Position numbers and translations under genes: made by a program
In this document: piece after piece, positions 59,801 to 64,000 of the stretch
Layout of the letters: every line of letters starts with the position of its first letter
Position numbering within the stretch: position 1 is the stretch's first letter
Source of the DNA: Sedimentisphaerales bacterium
GTDB lineage: Bacteria; Planctomycetota; Phycisphaerae; Sedimentisphaerales; SM23-30
NCBI GenBank assembly: GCA_963663965.2
Contig: CAXXFK010000001.1
Location: 224,001 to 288,000, forward strand
DNA length: 64,000 nucleotides
Direction: 5' to 3'
Notes under the pieces: generated by a model
Database searches by the model: none
What the model was told of the DNA's origin: nothing
Seen by the model: only the letters and a program-made list of their open reading frames with translations

Positions 59801-60211
59801 CGACAGGGGCAATGGAGTGTCTATCCGGACGATCACATTGGACGACTAAACGGCAAAGCCAGGGCCTTTTACGGCACCCCACCAGTCCGTTACGCCGGCC
59901 CGTCAAAAGAACCCAAAACACCCTGGAGCCGGGATGACACGGTTCTGGGCAGTCATGATTTCCGCGCGACACGCACCGGCATTCACTGGGCACAATTGAC
60001 CGGATTATCCGGTAAGGGTATCAGAGTTTTATCTGATGGCAGTCAAGCCGTGCGAGCCTGGGTTGATTCCGATACTATCCGAATGCTGGTGGCCGATCAT
60101 AACAGTATCGGCGCGGAACGATTTTTACGTTCTCACGCCTCTCCATGGAGTAAAACCCTGAAAGCCGGCGAAAATATTACTGGACAAGCGACAATTCGGA
60201 TAACCCCATAA
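56819..60211 (+). CDS. Secreted GH2 glycoside hydrolase (beta-galactosidase-like) with an extra N-terminal domain
   Basis: LNGAWQF, LHGVDRHE, IRTSHYPP, WSLANES, GEFCH; signal peptide; N-terminal malectin-like beta domain. Confidence 0.9.
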   Translation: MNRRIDILLLIISAMPLINSGWAIPQGWYSVASVDCGTESGDSFLDTGDSYRYPESDLSLEKISAADPMRTVAYGEEVAYVFGNFQPEAKYAVRISFLSEKGGRIQNLMANDMILQDNIELPDGSPVTLEFELSPAIYQAGEVTIATHRIAGPNAVIAALEIFSDRTGPLTAPADSPETLPEPTYTAIPVNAKIMDLNGAWQFNPVSDERPLPPRGRGWSTIQVPGEWSMQGFTVDRAAEYRRDIDIPLEWQSRCVKLRFDAVYGDAEILVNSKIAGRHSGTYTPFEFDITNLIHCGVNNEVRVRVTANTRADRLATGSKYAVHPLYGIARKVSLFAVPQLHIQNFHVATDLDDQYRDAILKAGMKLINTSTLPVHEVEVLFKLKTWPEEKYVEITNHSFTIPIPQNANNIQSIEPNQSNKPAMTNQVFHLAVEQPRKWDCEHPNLYTLECQLKQNNTIIETVRQRFGFRELAVSGNRFLLNGVPVKLHGVDRHEVHPLTGRSLKPEDNWWRKDAELFKAMNCNYIRTSHYPPAEEFIDACDEIGLFVEEEAPICWGNDGSRLNRPIVLQSTAEMISRDRSHPSVIIWSLANESKWQKNYQLSFALAEKLDPTRPKTFHDQCWNNSHSTTQIANQHYPGPGGPERANKEDRPVLFGEFCHLNCYNHEELVTDPGLRDAWGLVLASMWEAMYRSDGCLGGAIWSGIDDTFFLPDGKVVGYGPWGPLDGWRRLKPEAWHVFKTYAPVQIELGEQTEEQICLQVENRFGFTDLNECWIHWQCNGRNGQLKMELTPGKRGSLTLPVKVSDLDNMMLDIKVYDPVDRLVQHTRFGNNSQIETPMTPSGKPFQAKQSGSTLTAESTGMRIRFDLKTGLFISIESDGQTILTGGPTLMLLADYFPPDSTAQMIGTDQFESYTAPCTNWTCTNIDWQQADSGVTTIKVSGHTDQAEGTYTIDLDRGGRITVAYNFTNKEEIKARQIGLVFDVPKSQSTLSWQRQGQWSVYPDDHIGRLNGKARAFYGTPPVRYAGPSKEPKTPWSRDDTVLGSHDFRATRTGIHWAQLTGLSGKGIRVLSDGSQAVRAWVDSDTIRMLVADHNSIGAERFLRSHASPWSKTLKAGENITGQATIRITP

Positions 60212-60241
60212 AAAAAGCGTAAGTCACAACAACCTACGCTT
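60210..60241. terminator. Hairpin between convergent genes, terminator-like on the minus strand
   Basis: AAGCGTA..TACGCTT stem preceded by an A run. Confidence 0.5.
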
Positions 60242-60269
60242 GGTATTTCGTTTATAAACAATATCTGGA

Positions 60270-60959
60270 TCAGGCTCTTTTGCGGCTACGCAGCCAGCCG
60301 ACCAGCGCCGTGCCTAATCCACCCAGCACCATAGCGCCGGGTACAGGAACAATGGCCGGAGCCGGAGATAGCATGGTAACAACGACATTATCCAGAGCCG
60401 GGCCCCAGGCGCCATCCATACCTGACAGGAAGTATAGATCCGTTGAGTTGCTTTGAGCAGTAAAGGTCCAGCTCTTACCAACCCATCCCATGTTGGTTCT
60501 TGTTTTACCTATCGTGCTGAAGGTAAAAACTTCCGTGTCGTAATAGACACTGGAACTGGTATCGGCAACGGCAACATTCATGGTTTTGGTATCCTGACGA
60601 TCCGGGTTACCGGCCATGTCGAATGCTACACTGTACACTGCGCCGGCAGCAGTCTGAATGGTCTGGAACACACCACCCTGACCATAATAGCCATTTAAAT
60701 CCAGACTGCGATCCCCATCAGATGCAGACCAGTACGATCCGATGTAATCGATCGACTCGGTATGATTAGCCAGATTTACCGCCCCGATCACTGTCCAGCC
60801 ATTTATGTCAGTGGCGCCTTCATATAAGGTTACATACGTACCAACAGATGACAATGATGACGATGGCGATAATGACTCAAAACTGCCATTTGTTGTTAAA
60901 TTTGCCTGGGCGAATCCCGCCAACGCAACAACCATTAATAAACTTACTATTCTCATCAC
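60270..60959 (-). CDS. DUF642/choice-of-anchor C-type secreted protein with PEP-CTERM-like tail
   Basis: Signal peptide, NGSFE, W.ASDG.RSLDLNG, GPALDNV; tail VPVPGA + TM + RSRKRA. Confidence 0.82.
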   Translation of the reverse strand: MMRIVSLLMVVALAGFAQANLTTNGSFESLSPSSSLSSVGTYVTLYEGATDINGWTVIGAVNLANHTESIDYIGSYWSASDGDRSLDLNGYYGQGGVFQTIQTAAGAVYSVAFDMAGNPDRQDTKTMNVAVADTSSSVYYDTEVFTFSTIGKTRTNMGWVGKSWTFTAQSNSTDLYFLSGMDGAWGPALDNVVVTMLSPAPAIVPVPGAMVLGGLGTALVGWLRSRKRA

Positions 60960-61259
60960 TTAAACTCCTCATTTGGATTAAGGTATTTTTTGGTTTATCA
61001 GAGGTGATCTCAAATTCCCGAAGATTTTCCTGCTTCTTTGGAGACTTTCCTCATCTTTTGCACATAGTTATTTATATTATAAACATCTTTTTAGAACAAA
61101 TCAAGTTTAAATCCTGTCGAGTCGCATCAAAATCATAAACCTTTATTTTAACGCATATTACGTATTTGTTCTTTGACAAATCTTTTACACTGCTCTTTTG
61201 AATGTGTCTTCACTATAATTTGATAGTAGTAAAGACAAACGATTACAGGAGACCCGATC

Positions 61260-62765
61260 ATGAATCTGAAAAATTATCCGGACAAACATAAATACCGCGT
61301 CATCCTGGTGTTTCGACTGATTATCATTCTGATCGCATCCGGTTTTTTAGTGGGCATGCTCCCTCTCACCCGCCCAACCACAGCCAAACCCAAAGCGGAC
61401 CTGGTAATTGACGATTTCAATAAAACCCCAGGCCAGAATAAACCCGAATGGGAACTCATCACCGACAATGTCATGGGGGGAAAATCAACCGGAAACATAG
61501 AGCTGAAAAAAACTGAAAAAGAAAAGGACAACCACTTTTTACACCTGACCGGAACCGTTTCTCTGGAAAACAATGGTGGTTTTATCCAGGCCAGTCGGAT
61601 TCTTGGCGAAAAAAACAAACCACTCAATGGGAGCGATTATGAGGGGGTTGTGATTCGGGTCAAAGGTAATGGCGAGACCTACGCGATCCATTTAAAGAGC
61701 AATCAGACCACACAACCCTGGCAGTTTTATCAGGCAGATTTTATCGCTAAGGATACCTGGGAAGAAATTAAACTTCCATTCCAGCAATTCAAACCCTATG
61801 CTATCGATCAAAATCTGAATACCTCTACGCTTAAAAGTATCGCTATAGTGGCCATCAACAAGGCTTTTGACGCCGATTTAATGATTGATCGTATCGGCCT
61901 ATACCACAAGGAGCCCCTCATGTTAAATGAACTAACCGATTTCGAAAAACATGTCATTCTGAATAAAGGCACTGAACGGCCCGGTACCGGGGAATATACC
62001 GACCTGTTCGAACCGGGCGTCTATGCCTGCAAACAGTGCCGGACGCCGTTGTTCGAATCGGGCAGCAAGTTTCATTCCGGTTGTGGCTGGCCCAGCTTTG
62101 ACGATGCCCTGCCAGACAAGGTACTACGTCAGCGAGATGCCGACGGCATGCGAATTGAAATCATCTGTGCCACCTGTGGCGCGCACCTGGGTCATGTTTT
62201 CGAAGGGGAAGGTTTTACCTCTAAAAATACGCGACATTGTGTCAATTCGGTCTCGATGATATTTATCCCCGAAGTCGAAGTCGGCATGGAACGCGCAATA
62301 TTCGCCTCTGGGTGTTTCTGGGGTGTGCAGCACTGGCTGGATAAAGCGCCGGGAGTTATTCGCACGACGGTCGGATATACTGGCGGCCATGTCATGGCCC
62401 CTACCTATAAACAGGTCTGTACCGGAACGACCGGCCACGCAGAAGCCGTTGAAGTCATTTTCGATCCCAAAAAGACCTCGTACGAAACCGTTGCCAAACT
62501 CTTCTTTGAAACCCACGACTTCACCCAACTGGACCGCCAGGGGCCCGATATTGGCCATCAGTATCGCTCAGGTATTTTCTACCTGAACGATGAACAAAAG
62601 CAAACGGCCGAGAAACTGATCGATCAACTTAAAAAGATGGGCTATGATGTTAAAACCGAAGTGACACCCGCTTCACGGTTCTGGCCGGCTGAGGATTACC
62701 ATCAGGATTACTACGAACACAAAGGCACCCTGCCCTACTGCCATAACTATCGAAAGATTTTCTAA
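61260..62765 (+). CDS. CIA30-domain + MsrB + MsrA fusion methionine sulfoxide reductase
   Basis: DNVMGGKS..VSLENNGGF (CIA30); KGTERP, GCGWPSF, HLGHVF, RHCVNS (MsrB); GCFWG, TGHAE, AEDYHQDY (MsrA). Confidence 0.92.
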   Translation: MNLKNYPDKHKYRVILVFRLIIILIASGFLVGMLPLTRPTTAKPKADLVIDDFNKTPGQNKPEWELITDNVMGGKSTGNIELKKTEKEKDNHFLHLTGTVSLENNGGFIQASRILGEKNKPLNGSDYEGVVIRVKGNGETYAIHLKSNQTTQPWQFYQADFIAKDTWEEIKLPFQQFKPYAIDQNLNTSTLKSIAIVAINKAFDADLMIDRIGLYHKEPLMLNELTDFEKHVILNKGTERPGTGEYTDLFEPGVYACKQCRTPLFESGSKFHSGCGWPSFDDALPDKVLRQRDADGMRIEIICATCGAHLGHVFEGEGFTSKNTRHCVNSVSMIFIPEVEVGMERAIFASGCFWGVQHWLDKAPGVIRTTVGYTGGHVMAPTYKQVCTGTTGHAEAVEVIFDPKKTSYETVAKLFFETHDFTQLDRQGPDIGHQYRSGIFYLNDEQKQTAEKLIDQLKKMGYDVKTEVTPASRFWPAEDYHQDYYEHKGTLPYCHNYRKIF

Positions 62766-62771
62766 ACGCAA

Positions 62772-63485
62772 TTACTGAGCGATTGCCAGTCCATAGGGAC
62801 AATATTTTCTGAGCTCACATGAATCACATTCAGGCTTGCGTGCGTTACAGACCCGGCGGCCATGCCAGATCAGACGATGACTGAATAGCGTCCACTGCTT
62901 TTGAGGTATCAGTTCCATCAGGTTGTTTTCCAGTTTTACCGGATCGGCATGATTCGACAGAGCCAGCAACCGAGACAAACGGATCACATGGGTATCGGTT
63001 GTGATTCCCGGCACGCCAAAGGCATCGCCTAAAATCACATTGGCAGTTTTTCGGCCTACCCCGGGCAATTTAACCAGTTCATCCAGATTATCAGGCAACT
63101 GACCGCCGTAATCGCGCTCAATCACACCACAGGCCTGCTGAATGTTTTTAGCTTTGTTTCGGAAAAATCCGGTGGATTTAATATCCTGCTCCAAGTCTTC
63201 CGCAGGGGCTTTGGCATAATCAGCCGCAGAGCGATATTTCTTGAACAGCGCCGGGGTCACCATATTGACCCGAACGTCGGTACACTGTGCCGACAGCACG
63301 GTGGCCACGAACAGTTCCAGCGGATTGGAATAATTTAATTCGCAATGCGCGTCGGGATAGAGTTTTTTTAATCCGGCCAGGATCGGCTTGATCCGCTCGG
63401 GTGCAGTCGCAATATCTTTGGGGGTTGGTTTAAAGGTTTTCGGAGTAACCGCTTTCTCTTTGGCCATAAAAATTTGCTGCCTCAT
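62772..63485 (-). CDS. nth: Endonuclease III
   Basis: LSAQCTD, LPGVGRKTANV HhH, DTHV, C-X6-C-X2-C-X5-C FeS loop. Confidence 0.95.
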   Translation of the reverse strand: MRQQIFMAKEKAVTPKTFKPTPKDIATAPERIKPILAGLKKLYPDAHCELNYSNPLELFVATVLSAQCTDVRVNMVTPALFKKYRSAADYAKAPAEDLEQDIKSTGFFRNKAKNIQQACGVIERDYGGQLPDNLDELVKLPGVGRKTANVILGDAFGVPGITTDTHVIRLSRLLALSNHADPVKLENNLMELIPQKQWTLFSHRLIWHGRRVCNARKPECDSCELRKYCPYGLAIAQ

Positions 63486-63679
63486 TTATTAGCTAGTGGT
63501 TCATGCGCCTTGCGGCCATAGACTTTTTCATAAGCCCGGCATTGCGGACAAAACGCACCTTCGATCTTTCTGACAAACCAGAAGAAAAAACCTTTCTGGT
63601 CTTTGCGAGCCTTCTTACACACCGGGCAATTCAGACATCCCAGCGCCAGTTTGCGGTCTTTTTCGGTGATTACTGCCAT
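63482..63679 (-). CDS. Small Cys-rich hypothetical protein
   Basis: CLNCPVC..CPQC; AAGGAG SD; translationally coupled to nth. Confidence 0.7.
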   Translation of the reverse strand: MAVITEKDRKLALGCLNCPVCKKARKDQKGFFFWFVRKIEGAFCPQCRAYEKVYGRKAHEPLANK

Positions 63680-63692
63680 GGCATCACACTCC

Positions 63693-64000
63693 TTATTTAG
63701 CGGCAGCCATATCCAGAGCCTTTACTGCCATATTAAGCGTATAGACATCACGTAACACAATCGGCCGCAGAGGATCGTTGCCCGGAAATATCGCAGTAAA
63801 GGGAATACTCTGCGATCCCAGCCGCGTCAACAGTTCTTTGATCGCCGGATCATCACGAGTCAGATCGGCAATAATCAGTTTGGTATTCGTTTCATCGAGT
63901 TTGGCCTTGAACTCATCCCGTTTTAACACGGCCAGTTCGACCGCCTTGCAATTAGGACACCAGTCGGCCGTAAACTCAACCATCACCGTCTGAGCGGCGT
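63693..64000 (-). CDS. C-terminal thioredoxin-like domain, probably of a DsbD-family protein (truncated by window edge)
   Basis: VEFTADWCPNCK, ADLT, SIPF. Confidence 0.75.
   Translation of the reverse strand, partial: AAQTVMVEFTADWCPNCKAVELAVLKRDEFKAKLDETNTKLIIADLTRDDPAIKELLTRLGSQSIPFTAIFPGNDPLRPIVLRDVYTLNMAVKALDMAAAK

Noticed and set aside
1..64000. CRISPR array, rRNA, retron/DGR or toxin-antitoxin system
   Set aside because: No regularly spaced repeats, rRNA-like sequence, reverse transcriptase or recognisable TA genes seen by eye.

Overview
About 50% GC bacterial chromosomal window. The prepilin-type/ECF-sigma/FecR/LamG-dockerin-like gene set suggests a planctomycete of class Phycisphaerae, probably anaerobic (inference). 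Left to right: the end of a GH29 fucosidase; a surface-polysaccharide cluster (GT2, methyltransferase, B12-radical SAM, polymerase/ligase, AlgI-type MBOAT, SPASM radical SAM); an 18-gene operon (10950-25261) for a group 4 membrane-bound [NiFe]-hydrogenase that combines an NAD(P)H-type FAD/FeS module, an apparently Mo-less molybdopterin-fold FeS subunit, a full Mrp-type antiporter set and a maturation protease; a convergent histidine kinase-CoA-disulfide reductase-rhodanese fusion; a frameshifted REP-associated Y1 transposase with extreme strand skew, bracketed by 30-bp inverted repeats; a LOV-PP2C phosphatase; tRNA-Ala(CGC); a lipid A/LPS sugar-modification trio; KamA-like, rplU, lptB, cdaA (probable CTG start), cdaR-like and fliM genes; a Cache kinase; an ECF/FecR/secreted-protein glycan locus; an AraC-UroD-like-GH2 locus; a sorting-signal-bearing protein; a CIA30-MsrB-MsrA fusion; nth; and a probable dsbD end. 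No CRISPR array, rRNA or prophage was seen. The best candidates for undescribed biology are the NAD(P)H-linked Mrp-hydrogenase, the kinase-reductase-rhodanese fusion, and the inverted-repeat-bounded transposase with deamination-like strand asymmetry.
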